From contig JAHLTZ010000014.1 of the NCBI GenBank assembly GCA_025786725.1, positions 1 to 64,000 of the forward strand: 64,000 nucleotides of DNA, read 5' to 3'. Origin of the DNA: Syncephalis fuscata S228 (lineage: Eukaryota; Fungi; Zoopagomycota). Below are positions 38,935 through 53,700 of this stretch, one piece after another. Within the stretch, counting starts at the first letter, position 1. Each line of letters begins with the position of its first letter. The notes below the pieces were generated by a model, which ran no database searches, was not told the DNA's origin, and saw nothing but the letters and a program-made list of their open reading frames with translations. The translations under genes were made by a program, and so were the position numbers.

Positions 38935-40980
38935 ATGTTTTCAGCCCCTACCAAGCTACTATTTCAAAATTATGATATAATTTTGAATTTATATCGTTAT
39001 ATGGACGATAAAGAACTGATAAACTTTGTTAAAAGTTGTTGGTTTATTTATCAAACAATAGTTGAGCGACCAAGTTATTGGAAGCAATTATATAAACTCT
39101 CCTTTTGTTTAGCAGATCCACGCGAGCAAGAGTGGCTTACATGGTTTATTTGGTATGCAAAGAACATAGCAGAGAAAAATGAGCCTTTATCCAATGTAAA
39201 CAAGCGGAGAAAAAAACATTTATTATCATCAACTACCACAACTACTGATAACGATAATAATGAATATACCTCATTTATCAACAATTTACCATTAGTACCC
39301 AATTTCGATACCATTAAATGGTTTTATGCTTACTACCGACGTCGACAAACATATAATAACTTGGTTGCTGGTCGATTTAAAAAGCTAGAATGTAAATTAC
39401 AAGTCACAAAAAAAGCTCTACTGAAACTAGTTGATGTCAATCCATGGAATTCATTAGCATGGGACGAACAAAATTCAAGAGTTTGGTCAATCCAACATAG
39501 CATCTTTAGGCAGGAAAAAGAACGCAGCAACAAATTAATTTGTTGTGAACTAAATACTTTTTTACCGCGCTCATTATTTACTAGTAAGCCCTCCATCGAA
39601 TTTATTTGTGGAACAAATCGGTTTATCGTGGCCTACGTTCAGATAAATACATATATAAATGTTAGTCCGGCTTTTATTGGAGATCCCATAGGTGAATAAT
39701 AATAATTAATATTAATAATCATACCAAATACTTATTAATGCAATTAAATAATAGTAAGTTGGGCCGAAAAAAAGTTACAACATTTTGGAAAGAAAAAGCA
39801 AAAAGTTTCTATCACTTCATATCGATGCCCTACTACTTTTTTAAAAGCTGCATCTTCAGAAGAACAAGAGACTAGCCAGCGAAAAGCCATTATAGTATGG
39901 CCTCTTAATGATAGTTTACATCCTAATATTATATACCTTCAAAACAGTCGCAAACAAAAGCGACGAGGAGAGAGACCAAAGTTTGTTGAGATTTATAATG
40001 ATTGGATAATTTTGCGCAATGATAATACAAAGGAGTTATATCCGCGCTTTAATTTATTTAGTATGAATAACAATCAATGGGTAGAAATCCCAGAACCGCC
40101 CAAATACGCTGCACGCACTTGTATCCAGTATGCTTCCCACGAACGATGTCAGTTTATGATATGGGCAATATCGGATAACTTTGTAGAATCTGACACGGAT
40201 TCCAACTCAGCCCACATTCAAAACTTGCAAGCTGTTGGTAACGATGATCAGCTAGTGCAAGTGCAATGGGAATTATTTGACGCTTATAGCAGCTTGCCTC
40301 AATGCCACAAGCTGCTGTTTGGTCAATTCAATATTTTATATTCCAAGGGCGCCATCGTCAAATGCGAAATGTATGCAACTAGGATATGCCTAGTTATTGT
40401 ATGCAACGCATTTCGGCCAACGTATAAACCGTTGTTGATGTTATTCGTTTTGGGAAAAAATTCCAAAACTAATTTATCACAATCATTATTCAACAACTTA
40501 GATTACGACCAACTGCTACCAATCGATAAGTTAGAACAAGGAAATATGTTATGGAGCAGAACTATAAATAGCGATAGTATCAAAAAGCTCTACAGTGAGA
40601 AGCTAATTGTCGTCCAGAACGATAAAACATTTGATGTTTTGAATGCCCGAAATGGAGATTTACTGCATTCAATTGCCCATCCATTCTACAAAAAGTTCAC
40701 TTATTTTCTTGGATCTTTATGTGTGATATTGGATGGAAAAAAAGAAAGAAGTTGGGTTGTAGACATGAAAATCGGTAGTATTTACAACGCACCAGCATGT
40801 CTTACTAGAGGACGAACCGAAGACGGCAAAAATATGCCCTTAACACCTTCTAAAGCAGTGTCTTCATCTTATTCCACTGCAAATATAATGAACTATAGCA
40901 CTAGGTATCATGTATCAAGTGCAGTTGTTTGTCGAATTGGCGTGAAAGTCAGCGGTTTATACGAAGCATTTATGCTATAA
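38935..40980 (+). CDS. F-box-like family gene, intact divergent paralog
   Basis: Aligns along its length with the other copies (ILNLYRYMDDKELINFVKSCWFIY...KWFYAYYRRRQT...LYSEKLIVV..DKTFDVLNA). Phase-1 intron 39692-39754 at the same position; spliced frame open to TAA 40980. Confidence 0.8.
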
Positions 40981-41764
40981 TTAATAAACTTTATTTGGAA
41001 ACATTAATATAAACAATTTTGATGCTATATATACCAACTATACCTTTTATAAACAACTTACTAACAACGTGTTATGATTGGGGGTCAAATGATTATTTTT
41101 AATAATATTTGCACAATTGAATTATACATTCAATTTATTGAACATAGGGACAAGTGGTGAGTTTTATTTAATCATCACATTATTACGCTTCTAGTTTTAG
41201 AAATCGCAACTTAGATGACCAAGCAACACCTTATCCTGTCGTTATCCTATAACGTTAATTTCTTATGCTTATTAACGCTTACCTTAACGCTCAGAATGCA
41301 ATGTGTTGTTTGGTTGTATTGCTTTTATAATAAAATTATTCCTTATTGGTCATTAATTACCACAGTTTAACTATAATAAACTGAATAACTTGTATGACAC
41401 TAAGTAGAAATAATGTTGGACTAGAAACTTGATTATTTCTTTATTGATATTAAATAAAGCTATCATTATATAGTAAACATAACTAATAATAGAACTGGGA
41501 TGTCTTGTAGTATTTCATCATTAGCGCAGCATATTAGTTCAGGCGACTGCTCATATGCTCACAACTAACAAGTAGCTACTCGTCATATTGTCGTAATAGA
41601 CATTTGTTACTAGTAATCGGTACTAATATCCGATAGATATATTATTTTTGTAAGCAATTACATGCGACTTTAACTGGTAATCCAATCGCATGGTATATCT
41701 CTTGGTCACACTTTTACAAGACCCTGTCCGGAATTACAAAACAGTAACAACATCATTACACTTA

Positions 41765-42620
41765 TTGTTTGTTTAGTGGTTAAATGACTATATTTAATAA
41801 CATCCAATCTATTAAACATGATGTTGGATGATGAGTGACATCAATCATCAAATACCCATCATCATAGATCCATTATTCAGTATGTATATACTCAGTACGC
41901 ATATATACTCTATTCACCTATATCATTTCTATTTCGCTCCACACTACTATATACCGTTATATGATATACTAGACACATTCTAATTATTATATGCGGCAAT
42001 AAACTTTACTCTCTCCGCTCATCACACTATATGCATTGTAACTTTAACACCACTTTTATGATTTCTTACGTATATTTATTACTTCATATGTCATTCTATA
42101 CTCGCCTATTCTTCCTTTATCCAATGCTACTTTTATTTTTGTTCTAGCTCTATTATTTATAAAGTTCGACTAATGTCGGCCATTGATCATGCATATATGC
42201 TTAGTAACTATACCACTGCTGTCCATACTTTTTAATTTGTATATTATTTTATTATTCAGTAAATACGCGCCAAATATTACCGTTGTCTGTTTGGTTCTAG
42301 CATCATTATCAGTAAAAATCGATTTATTGCACCTAGTTTGCTCACTGAGCTATATTGGTATAACAAATAATATGAAGTTATGTTTTATTAAGATTATTTA
42401 TAAATAAATTAGATCATGCCAATTAGTTATGATTTAATGATAATCAAGCAAAGTAACGAATATATATAGTAATAACACATACTGTGATGATATATGCATA
42501 CTGGATAATAAATCTATGCTGATGAGTATTTGATGATTGATGTCACTCATCATCCAACATCATGTTTAATAGATTGGATGTTATTAAATATTAGTCATTT
42601 AACCATCAAAGCAAATAATA
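41765..42620. mobile_element. MITE-like element with ~130-bp terminal inverted repeats
   Basis: 41771-41890 (TGGTTAAATGACTA...AACATCCAATCTATTAAACATGATGTTGGATGATGAGTGACATCAATCATCAAATAC) recurs inverted at ~42490-42610; non-coding, AT-rich. Confidence 0.55.
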
Positions 42621-45600
42621 AATGATAATAGACTGTTTAATATTGTGAAATAATAATAGCATAACTGAATCATTAATATTATTGCTAAAGTAGATAATAT
42701 GGCTGTATTTATGTTAAATGTGTCAATTGTAACATTTTGATAGTTGCGAAAAAAAAGATGTAGTTTTATTTAATAAAAAAGAAATGTATATTAATATTAA
42801 TGCAAACCAAATTATCAAAAGCCATATTATACTCATATTCTTGCTGCATATAAGCATTCCTTGAATCCATACCTATTGACAACAAAATAAGTAAATTGTA
42901 CGTGCAAATCAATTGTGCAATAATGCTTGATAAAGTAATTGCATTAAATTAAGTAATTTAGGACAGTCATTATCTATAATTGCAAACTACAGAGCGTTTC
43001 GACGCATAAACACCGCACCTCAATCGCTCATTATGCACGTTGAAAGACGATAGAATTCTCAAACGCTCATACTCGATTTAGGATACAATGAAATCTTAGC
43101 GCACTAGCAACAACGCCTTTAGACTAATAGAAATACAATTACTCAAGCAAACTGTGCTAATACTACCCTCATGCTGCATAATTATAAAGGCTAATGTTTA
43201 AGTTATTTATAAACAATCTTATGCGCTTTTATGCATCATCAAGCTAGTAGCAGCTGTTTAAACAACACACATCCATAGCATACACACCCACGATATGTGC
43301 CTAATAATGGGCATATATCATAATTATTTTATAATAAATATTATTGCCACTATAGCTCTATACTACAACTTCATATGTTGTTAAAATATCTGCTTGTCCC
43401 GTTTTCGGCAAATAAACCTACATGACCTGCAAATAAACTGCTACAGCATTGCATAGCATAAAATGCTTTATCCAACCTTGACTGCAAATCTTTGTTGATG
43501 TGCCATAGGCCATAGGTGACACATTGCTCAAGGATGGTCAATGAATCATTCAATTTTATTCTCATGATTGTATTTCATAGCATCATTACTCTTGTACTAC
43601 TTTAATTCTCACCGTTGCCTCTGCCACCTAGACTATCAATAAACAATAGAAGAAAAATAAGAATAGCAAAGCAAAGCGGTGGTAGTACCAAATGACATAG
43701 GCTTGAATAAACGCCGATCTTTGACTGACCCCTGCTTTGCTTAACATGAGTACATTAACATTGATGTCTAGCAATACACGTGGTCGTACCACAGGCATAA
43801 ATTCCCACCACAGACGATGCGTAGTATTTTTTAGTATTGTTGTTATTGTTGTAGCGTAACAATCACTGTATTCGTTTCGGTATCATTATACAACGAAAAG
43901 AAAGATAGCAATAGCCATCATATTAGTCATAGCCATGGATGTTATCATTAGTTGTGCCGCACCGAAGATCCATTCCAGCGAAGGAAGGAGATGGCCATAG
44001 CTTTGCCATCATACTCTACTGTTCTTATCATTATCACCATGCTTTCTATCTGTCTATCTTTTCACTTGCTATCATCATTAGCATAGATGAAACAACACCT
44101 ATACGCAATGACGAGCTAACTTGAACTATGATGGCGGCCATTGAATTGCCGCAACATGCAAAGTCAACTAGTCCGACACTGCTCATATCTTTATGATCAT
44201 TGGCTACATGTTTATTTCTATTAAACTATGCTTTTTATTACTATTATTACTACTAACACTATGACACTATTATTCCATCGATAATAGTGATAATATTTAC
44301 TTTAATATAAATAAACTGCATACTCCTGTATCCATTTCCTTGGATTTATTACTTAATTTTAAATATTCACATAATGATGTCATTTTATTATATTAAATAA
44401 AATACCTTGCCTTAAAGACCGTAAAGCCGAAAATAATGTTCCGTTACCAATACTATTAATATTCGCATACCGGGTTTCCGCACGGGAATAATTGTCCATG
44501 TTTTACTTTGTGCATCCTGTTTAACATAGCCCCTTACTTTCTCTCTCTCTTTCTTTTCCTCTCTCACACACCCCTGCAAACGGCACTGTCGGTACGCGTG
44601 CGCGCAGGTATGCAGCAAATGGTCTGCCAACGTTACCCCGCGTACTATTCGCTACATTAGCTGCATGTTGACAATCTATTTCTTCCCAGCCTTTTACTGG
44701 CTTTAATAATGGTAAAGATAGATAAAAGATAGATAGCCTAATCCACCTATTCATCGTTACGGTGTTTCACCATCGGGAAAGAAATTATACATAGCTATCT
44801 TCTCTAATTCTTTTTGTCTCTATGACGTGATGCTGTTTAAGGTATAATCACTGCGTCGGCCAATTAGTCGGCCATGAAATCCATGAATAAAGTTAACGAA
44901 TATTACCATTGCCGAACGCATCTTTAGCTTGTGTTCTGTAGCGAAGATTCCATGCAATGGCCTTTTGCTTAATTCAGTAAAAAACGATTGGGTGACTGCA
45001 CACACCGACACACGCACACACAAATTCGCTGTCTCGTATGGCTCGGGTTATCGATAGTCCTCCAGTATAGACTATCCTCTAATGACGACGAGTAAAAATG
45101 AGTATTTCTATATTCATGCAAAGTGAAACGCGTGGCCGCCTTTCATTTTTGGCTCTATTCTTTTATATAGAGTAGGTGGGCTTAAATGAATGACGAATTT
45201 CTGCCTACTTTCCTTAATAGGTAAAAATAGCGATATAACCGGTTAGGTAGCCGACCATCTATCCATTTTACACTATTCGGCGTATACTATTTTTGAATAG
45301 TAACGGCATCTTTACCATACGCTGCCATTCATGCTTAAACTGTTTTGAACCGTGTCAACGCACACCGTCTTTTGGTCAGTAAGCCGCAGCTGCGGCTCCT
45401 ATGATGCTCATTCACACCGCATATCTCCTTTTCCCTAACCAATAGCGCGTCCTTTCTCTACACGCTGCTTTTACTTATGCTGACTTCTCCCATCCATGCT
45501 GGCCTTGGTTTAATCCTAGGTATCTTTTGGGCGTGCGCAAAGCTTATAAGAAGCTAATCCTCGGGATGCATCCATAGTCTTGCCAACACTTGTTTCTCTT

Positions 45601-47717
45601 TCATTCAATCCACCTATTGATACAGTTTATTGGATTATTATTAGCCTTCATTATTGTCGTGGTGACTGCTACTCACTCTTTCTTTTCACTCTTATCCTTA
45701 TTGCGACAACCACTTGCCATATTGGTTTTACATTTTTGCCTTTGTTGAGTGTGCATCACATTTGCTTGCCTTGTTGTCGCTATCTTTTTTGCTGTCGCCT
45801 CTTGTGTTACATTGATTACAATTTTATTGGTACAGGTGTATCTGCAGGCCGATTTCCTACCACACAACTTACAATTTTGCTTCTACTTTTGCACGCGTGC
45901 GCGTTTCTTGCCTATTCTTCATTCTTTCTTATCTTGTTGCTATTTTTAACTCTTCTGCAAGTAAATCAACGGCATCAGCAAAGTCATTGTTGCTCCAAAA
46001 TCAAGCGCTATCATCAAGACATTAGCCACGTCATACACGGTACAAGTGTCTCCACGCGCTTGCTATTTCTCATACGCATTCTCGTGTGCTTAATTGCTTC
46101 TCACCTGCTGCTTCGCCACCCTTGATTCACTAGAAAACCGGTCATAACGGCCCCATTTTCTTGTTTTACACTACACGACGTGTGTCTGGCCATATTATCG
46201 CTTATTGCCACTTAAGCGTGTTGTAGCACTGAAGGAGTCATTAACCAAAATCTTGGCCATTGGTGAATAAGTACATTAACGTGTGTGTAACACGGTGCCG
46301 TGCCATAAGACAAGTTTTCGAGTCGAAGACGCAGCGGACACAGACAGATACAGACACATACAGAAAGCCGTCTCTTTCATTAATAGACAGATAAACAAGA
46401 CGTTTACTTAAAAGCACAATTGGTGGTAGCATAACATCAATTTTACTTTACAAGTTTATTACTATTGCTGCTACAAGTACTATTACTAATAGTACCACCA
46501 CCACCACTACTAGTACTACTCTATACATTTCAAGTCAGGTGGTCATTAACACCGCTTGCACGGCGTTGACTTTTTGTATTACCAAGACCAAGGTAAGTAG
46601 CCATATCCACTCTTCCTCGCACACACAGACATCAGTGCTACTGTTTTTTCGTTTATACTCCGACTTGCACGCACTATTTGCTCTGTATCCCCAACGCACC
46701 GACCACTTTGGCCTTTGGAAACACGGGAGCAGAACAGTGCTTGGGTGGCATCCAATTATGGATGTTGGCCTTCTAAAGTCGCTCTTATCACCACGACTAC
46801 TGTTACTGCTGTGTACACATACGCATGTCCTTCTATATTTGTTGTTTGTCGTCCTCTTTTCACCGTTGTGTACTTCTTTTTTGCACCACGCGTCCAATAT
46901 GGAACCTTTCGTTTCAAAGGCTCTTTTGGACGGTGTCATACATGGCCCTTAACACGCAAGGGAAAGTGCACTATTATTCGCCCGAGTCCGAGTACGCACC
47001 ATGCTGTCCATTCCTTTTTGCTCTAGCCATTCTATGAAATCTATTTTCCGATTCGTCAGTTCGTCGCCATGCTTCCTTGCTTGCCTTTTACAGTTCAGGG
47101 TTTATCCTCTCTTTTCTCCATCCAGTGATGGCGTGTCTTGTGCATGGGTTCACTTTACTTTAGCCTGCCTTCCTTCCTTCCTTCCAAGGTCGTTGTGGTG
47201 GCCGTGCTCTGATTTTATCTCCGGCCAGAGCATGCTGCGTACCCATGATTCAGAATGGCCAACTATTTTCGACCATCCAAGAATGGCATGTGTGCAGCTA
47301 CCCGTCTTCCATTTCTATATATATGTATATACGTGTAGCGAGCGGACATTAACTTAAACACTCCTTCTACTTTGGTTGCCACGCGCGCGCGCGATTGTGT
47401 ATTCATTTATTCTACGTTCTCACTCACACACAACTGTACGCATTGCTTGGTTCAATTGCGATTGATGCTTTTCCCATTAAGCTCGTTTGATATTGTTTTA
47501 CTTTAAGCAATAGATTATCTACAATCTAACGCCTTTACCTTATTCCAACGCCTATTCTCCCTTGCTACTGTTTCATTACACGTTAAATCGGTCAACCTAC
47601 TAACTCACTATTATACGATCGGTTACTACTATTGTTTTTAGTCTTTATTTTATTTGCTTGGCAGTTGTATTAGGATTACTACAACTGTCTTTATCGCCAT
47701 AGCAGCTATTGTTCAAT

Positions 47718-49484
47718 ATGTCTGCCAACCATATGACACCGCCTTCTAAGCTAGAAGTGACACCCTCATCCGACTGGCAAGGTGTTAAGCTTGAATGGCC
47801 TGCTCTACCGTCCGCTGAATTAATCAACGGCTGTGCTGCTTGGTCGACAGCCACAACTGATCTCGGCCTTCATGGCTTCCCTGCTGATATGACCTCTATG
47901 GCAATGGCCCCAACGCCAGATGCATCGGAGTTAAACTGGTCCCCCGCACCAGTAACACCGTCGGCCGAGCAAGTCCTTGACTTTAAGTGGAATAATGTTG
48001 ATTTTAATGACCAAGATGCAGCATTAGGCATTTGGCTGCTTAACTTTATCGGCGACCAGACGGCATCCATTGATAGCATTAATGAGATTTATCATAAGCT
48101 TCAAAATCCTAGCCATCCGTCTTTAATGGCAGCCACACCACCCGTGTCATCGCTTCACGGTGCGGCCGAGTCAATGCTACTTGGATGCGCGACAACATCC
48201 ACGTCACCAATGATGACGCCTACCATAGCGTCATCACCATCCATCGCCACTGAGCAGCGTATGCCAGATAGTGAGCCTTTGGTCAGTGTTATGCAAAGGC
48301 TAAGTGTGCAGCCGGAATCAGCCGGTGCCATAACACCATCTTCGCCTTCGCTGTCATCAGCTTCGCCCTCTACGCATTTAGCGCTTGAAATGGCGCGTGC
48401 CGCAGTGATGGCTCAATTCCAATCAACCTCAGCCGCCAGCTCGGCACCACTTGAAGCACCAACGCCATTGCACTCAGTTATCGATTCACCAATGGCCAAT
48501 ACCAATATGATGCAGCGGCAGCAGCAGCGGCAGCAGCAGCCACAACAGCCATTCTACCCATTAGCATTGTTCCCTGCTGATGGTAGTCATCTACCAATTG
48601 CTCGACCTGGTTCACCATCTGCCATAGGTCGTATGGCTGCTACCATGGCCGTTCCCTCCTCCATGGCATCTGCTTCGATGGCTATGTCGCTCCAATCGGT
48701 AAACGCACCTGTTGCCGTGGCTTTGAATCATCCAAATGGTGTTGAAATGCCGGGTCTACGTCTGCAGCCTGTGCCAATTCACCCAGCTACTGCTGCAGCC
48801 GCATATCATCCAATGACCATCAACTCATCACTGGCTCCTCATGGACATGCACTACAATCAGGAACGTCGCCTTTTGGCGTGTCACCACTCACCATTGATA
48901 TGGCAAGTTTATCCGGATCCTTTCATGCAACGCCGTTGCCTTACACGACAACAGCAACGGCAACAGCAACGACTGCTAACGCCAATACTGGTACGACGAC
49001 ACTGGTTTCGTCTATTGCAACGAATGGTACACGTCGCGATGCCAATCATCGACCATTCGTTTGCCAAGAGTGCCAAAAACGTTTTGCACGTCCATCAGCT
49101 CTTCGACTTCATATGCGTACGCATAGCGGTGAACGCCCGCACGCTTGCACACACGCTGGCTGTGGTCGACGCTTTTCAGTGCAAAGTAATTTGACGCGTC
49201 ATCTTCGCCTTCATGCACGCCGTGGTGGCTTCTCCCCACGTGAAACGCGTCGATCTGGCTCCCAAGGTGCAGCAACACCTACTATTCGGGAAAGTATCAT
49301 TCCCAGTCGCCATTGCCATACATTAATACCAAGCCGCATGGCATCACAGCCCTTGGAAATTATTGCCACAACAAATGATACAAATGGCAACAACAACAAC
49401 AATAGCCATCATGTTAATACAGCAGCTGCTACAAGCTATGTTGAAGGATTAGCGGCTATTTTCAACCAGAATCCATTTGTTTAA
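47718..49484 (+). CDS. C2H2 zinc-finger transcription factor (two fingers, low-complexity S/P/A/Q N-terminus)
   Basis: FVCQECQKRFARPSALRLHMRTH-SGERPH-ACTHAGCGRRFSVQSNLTRHLRLH; intronless; first ATG at 47718. Confidence 0.9.
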   Translation: MSANHMTPPSKLEVTPSSDWQGVKLEWPALPSAELINGCAAWSTATTDLGLHGFPADMTSMAMAPTPDASELNWSPAPVTPSAEQVLDFKWNNVDFNDQDAALGIWLLNFIGDQTASIDSINEIYHKLQNPSHPSLMAATPPVSSLHGAAESMLLGCATTSTSPMMTPTIASSPSIATEQRMPDSEPLVSVMQRLSVQPESAGAITPSSPSLSSASPSTHLALEMARAAVMAQFQSTSAASSAPLEAPTPLHSVIDSPMANTNMMQRQQQRQQQPQQPFYPLALFPADGSHLPIARPGSPSAIGRMAATMAVPSSMASASMAMSLQSVNAPVAVALNHPNGVEMPGLRLQPVPIHPATAAAAYHPMTINSSLAPHGHALQSGTSPFGVSPLTIDMASLSGSFHATPLPYTTTATATATTANANTGTTTLVSSIATNGTRRDANHRPFVCQECQKRFARPSALRLHMRTHSGERPHACTHAGCGRRFSVQSNLTRHLRLHARRGGFSPRETRRSGSQGAATPTIRESIIPSRHCHTLIPSRMASQPLEIIATTNDTNGNNNNNSHHVNTAAATSYVEGLAAIFNQNPFV

Positions 49485-50769
49485 TCGATGGATTAATACG
49501 TACAACATACCGGTTATTATCCATTTGTTTAGGATGTGCTGTGGATCATCAATCTATCACAGTGCATCCATTTCCTCTTTGTATTACTGTTTTCACTTTT
49601 TTGCATCTTATAACTTTGGAATGAAGTTTGTATATTTTGGCACTTAAATTCTTACTGTGTTTACGATAAATATCGTATTACATATCTTCTTGATCATTAT
49701 TTCATTCATATTTCTTCTTTTTGATTACAATGTGTTTTATTTCGATAGCACTTGTACATCAATACATACATACATAAATACATAACTACTCATAGATAGA
49801 CTGCACTATAATTGCCGCTGTTAAATCTACTCTCGCTCTCTCTCTCTCCCTTCTTTCCTTCCTTCATTTCATTTTCGACTTCTCTTCTTTTCGTTGGTTT
49901 TCCATCGTCAGATTAAATTAAGCAGCCGCCTATATTACAACGTTCCTGCGAATTATCTTATCCTGTCGATGTGTCGCCGCTGTTAGTAAGAAAAAAAGCA
50001 GTTGGGCCTGGTGCTCATCCCTTCTTTTCTTCATGCTGGTCTGTTGTACATTGACATTACATCATTATTTTTCTTACATACACAACACTTTACATGGAGT
50101 CTTTTATTTTTATTTTAAATTTATTCTTGTTTTTCTGTCACTTGTGTTGTGTATATCTATCTTATTAATTCAATTAAGGCAAACTATTTACCTTATGACT
50201 GAATTAGCTTCTAACCAGTATGAATTGTCTTTTGTTGATAATAGACAATAGCTACTAATTATATATATATATGTGTGTGTGTAAGTGTATGTGTCTAGTA
50301 TATATATATATAAGCTATCGGATATTGGACTTTTTAGTCCATTACAATAAGTTCTCCCTTCTAGGAGTAAAAATTCTACTGGATTCCCTTTCGATTTTTT
50401 AATTCTTGTTTTCAATCGTCTGCACGTTGCAATCTAATACATGCAAACACTTTTTAGCGTCTATTGTATATAGTCGTGCTTTAATGGATGTACAAACGTA
50501 CATTATCGTCAACGTTTCGTTTTAGTTACACATGTCATTGACGTGTATGTATTTTGTAAGCCAGCTGCGTTTTGCCATTTGTTGAAATAAATACACATTA
50601 TTTTTGCATTTTTAATACACGACGTATATGCTGACTATACAGAATACATATTAAATATTCAAAGCATTTATGGTGGATTGTTTTTTTGCAATTTACATAA
50701 ATAAAAAAGTCATTTAATACAATAATAGAAATTTGAGAATTGGATAGATTAGTTTGATGCGCGTTTCTA

Positions 50770-53700
50770 CTACTTGATTTTGCTACGATTGACTAATTTC
50801 ATAAAAACTAACGCTATCATATTCCAGGTTACACCGATAATAGCCATGGCAACTAAACAGTACGTGTAATCTAATGAAACGGTACAGTTAATCGTAATTA
50901 ATACAGCGCTATATATTACTTACTATTTAAGTTATATTCATGAGGTAGACGATCTTCACGGATTTCGGGAAATGGACGTGCTCCCACCTCTTTAATAAAA
51001 ATCGCTTCTATTGCATAGCGTGGGGCCGATATCTATACCAAAACAGTATCAATATAGCAATAAATTAATAAGCCAATTTAATATTATGGTAGACTATATT
51101 AATTTCTTTTTGCCTACCTTCCAAAGCCAGCGTGATGGCACGTAACTGTCATCGTGCATCACATCACTTAGATCAGGAACACTGCCTGAAAAAACAAGAG
51201 CCCAGGCCAGTGCGAACGCTGTACCGACCAGGCCGGACATTTCCTTGTTGGTTATCATTGAAATAAAATAGCCCATACCAAATGCTACATAGTACAGTAA
51301 AGATATGATGCAGTACAAATAGACGTATTTGCTTCGATACGGAAAGAATACAATAAACGAAAGTGAAAAACAAAAGGCCGCAATTAAACAACGAGGCAAA
51401 TCGGCTACCATTTTGGCCAGGAAATACGGAACAGTTCGCATACCAGCCGCTGAATCGCGCCAATAAACAACCTTTTCTTGGCCAAAAGTAGAGGTGCCAA
51501 CGTTGATACCCGAGAAAAGTACGCCAAGCGAAACAAATACACCGACCTCGGCTATATGATCGAATGGTTCACGGCACATAAACTGCAAGGCAATGGGCGC
51601 AATTTGACAAATCGACTCGGGCTGTCGTCCAAGATAATCCGACTGACGAGCTGCAATGCTGATGAAGGCACCACAGCCCAGATGTAATAGCTGATCCTTT
51701 AGAAACTGGTCACGTGAACGATAGATTTGCATGCAAGCCCGTTTAAAACATAGTAGAAATACTATAAGCACATTCGGCGTTGAACGAATCGGATCTTTTC
51801 GCCAGAACTGTAAAACACATGCCATGAAACAATAAAATTCGTATAATAAATCAGTTGTATATGCTAGCCAGTCGTGGAATATTGCTTTAATAGCAATGCC
51901 AACATCTTTTAAAAAGCGAACTGCGTGTTTGCAATTAGACGATACTATTGACGTATTTGCCTCACTATCATTATCGTAGTGTATTCCCGCATAATTAATA
52001 TTGCCCATAAATGAAACTGCCTCCATCATTGAAGGACGAATAAATTCTGCTTGTTGTGGGCAAACTAATGGGTCTTCGTTACGAATAAAACGTTCCCAAA
52101 ACATAAACAAATCTGATGGTCGGTAGCTAATATTATTCTTTGGTCGCACTTTGCCCGACGTAACAGCAATGTAGAAATCGGCTGGATTCTCGTCTGGTGG
52201 ACAGGTAAATCCAATACGGTGGAAATAATCAAGTGCTTTATCACGAGGTCCAAAGTAGACAACACGGCCACCTTTGCCAAGCACCAATAGATCGTCAAAC
52301 TGGTTAAAGGCTTGTGGTGATGGCGAATGAATAACAGCGGCCACTGTTAGTCTTTGTCGGTGAGCAATGTTTCTTAATAGTGAGCAGACTTCATACGATG
52401 TTGCTGAATCAAGTCCAGAGGTTGGTTCGTCAAGGAATAGTACCGATGGATTGGCTACAAGTTCCATACCGATATTGACACGCTTACGTTGACCTCCGGA
52501 AATACCACGCGTAGCTTCATCACCAATAATACTGTCCATAACATGACCTAGTTCAAGGTATTTTATAGTTTCAAGTACCTTCTTCTTTTTTGCACGCTGT
52601 GGTAGTTTTTGAGGCAGTCGCATCATAGCTGAGTGCTAAATTTATATAAATAAATTGTTAATATTATTTAAATTTCAATCATTAATTAATTAATAGTTAC
52701 CATTAAAATATCCCGCACAGTAAGCTCACGTAACATGGTATCTTCTTGCGGCACAAAGCCAATTAATTTACTGTAATTATTTAGCGGTTCATCAATGCCA
52801 TTAATTTTGACACGTCCACTTGTACGCTGAGCTTTGCCAGTAAGCAACGACACAAATGTTGTTTTACCAGCACCAGATGGTCCTAAATGGCACAGCACCG
52901 AGACGATTTCAATTCACCAGATACACCGCGCATAATTTCCACACCAGATGGTAACACTAGGCCAAGATCTTGAAAGCTAATATCGAATGTACGTTCAACT
53001 TGACCCATGTCGACATTGGCCGACTCGTCTTGCGCGCCATAGCCGTATTGCAATAAGTGTTGATATTTTATCCGTTTAATATTATCTTTTCTTAATTTTA
53101 TAGCAAATAGCTATAATTAAACTTGTTAGCCGTCACAATTACCATTATTGTAGCTAGTTACTGCTACTGTTACTACTACTACTACTACTAACCATTGAGG
53201 CCACGGTCATAAAGGCCCCGAATAAAAATACGACACCAAATTTGGAAACAGTAGCTGTACCTTCCGGGCATTTGGCCAAAAAGTGACATCCCTGTGGTTC
53301 GGTACTACCATGTGGACAGAACTTGCCCTCTGGACAGATTTTAATTTTATCCGGCGTTGGACAGTAGTAGCCGCCACAGCAGTATAGAGGTTGTGCTGTA
53401 TTTTCGGGGCAAAAGAACCCGGCCGGACATGCCTCTTTATGGTTATGAATTAGACAGAAACTGCCGGCCGTGCAGTTCCAGCTTGTTGGTGCATTATCAG
53501 CTGCTTGTGGCGTCGATAAGAATTCGCAAGGATAGCGATAACGCTAAAGATAACCGATTTAAATAAATAAAATAGATAGGTAAATACATAAATACAAATA
53601 TAAATTTACTCACCAATGTTTCGGGGGCGGCCTTTAATTTAAACGATTTAATAAAGGACTGCAGTTCGGTGGATCCATCGCTAGGTAAATTCATCGAAGA

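Noticed and set aside
45580-47357. Overlapping 100-180 aa ORFs upstream of the zinc-finger gene
   Set aside because: Low-complexity, Leu/Phe/Cys-rich translations of pyrimidine-rich DNA, mostly non-ATG starts, no domain signatures.
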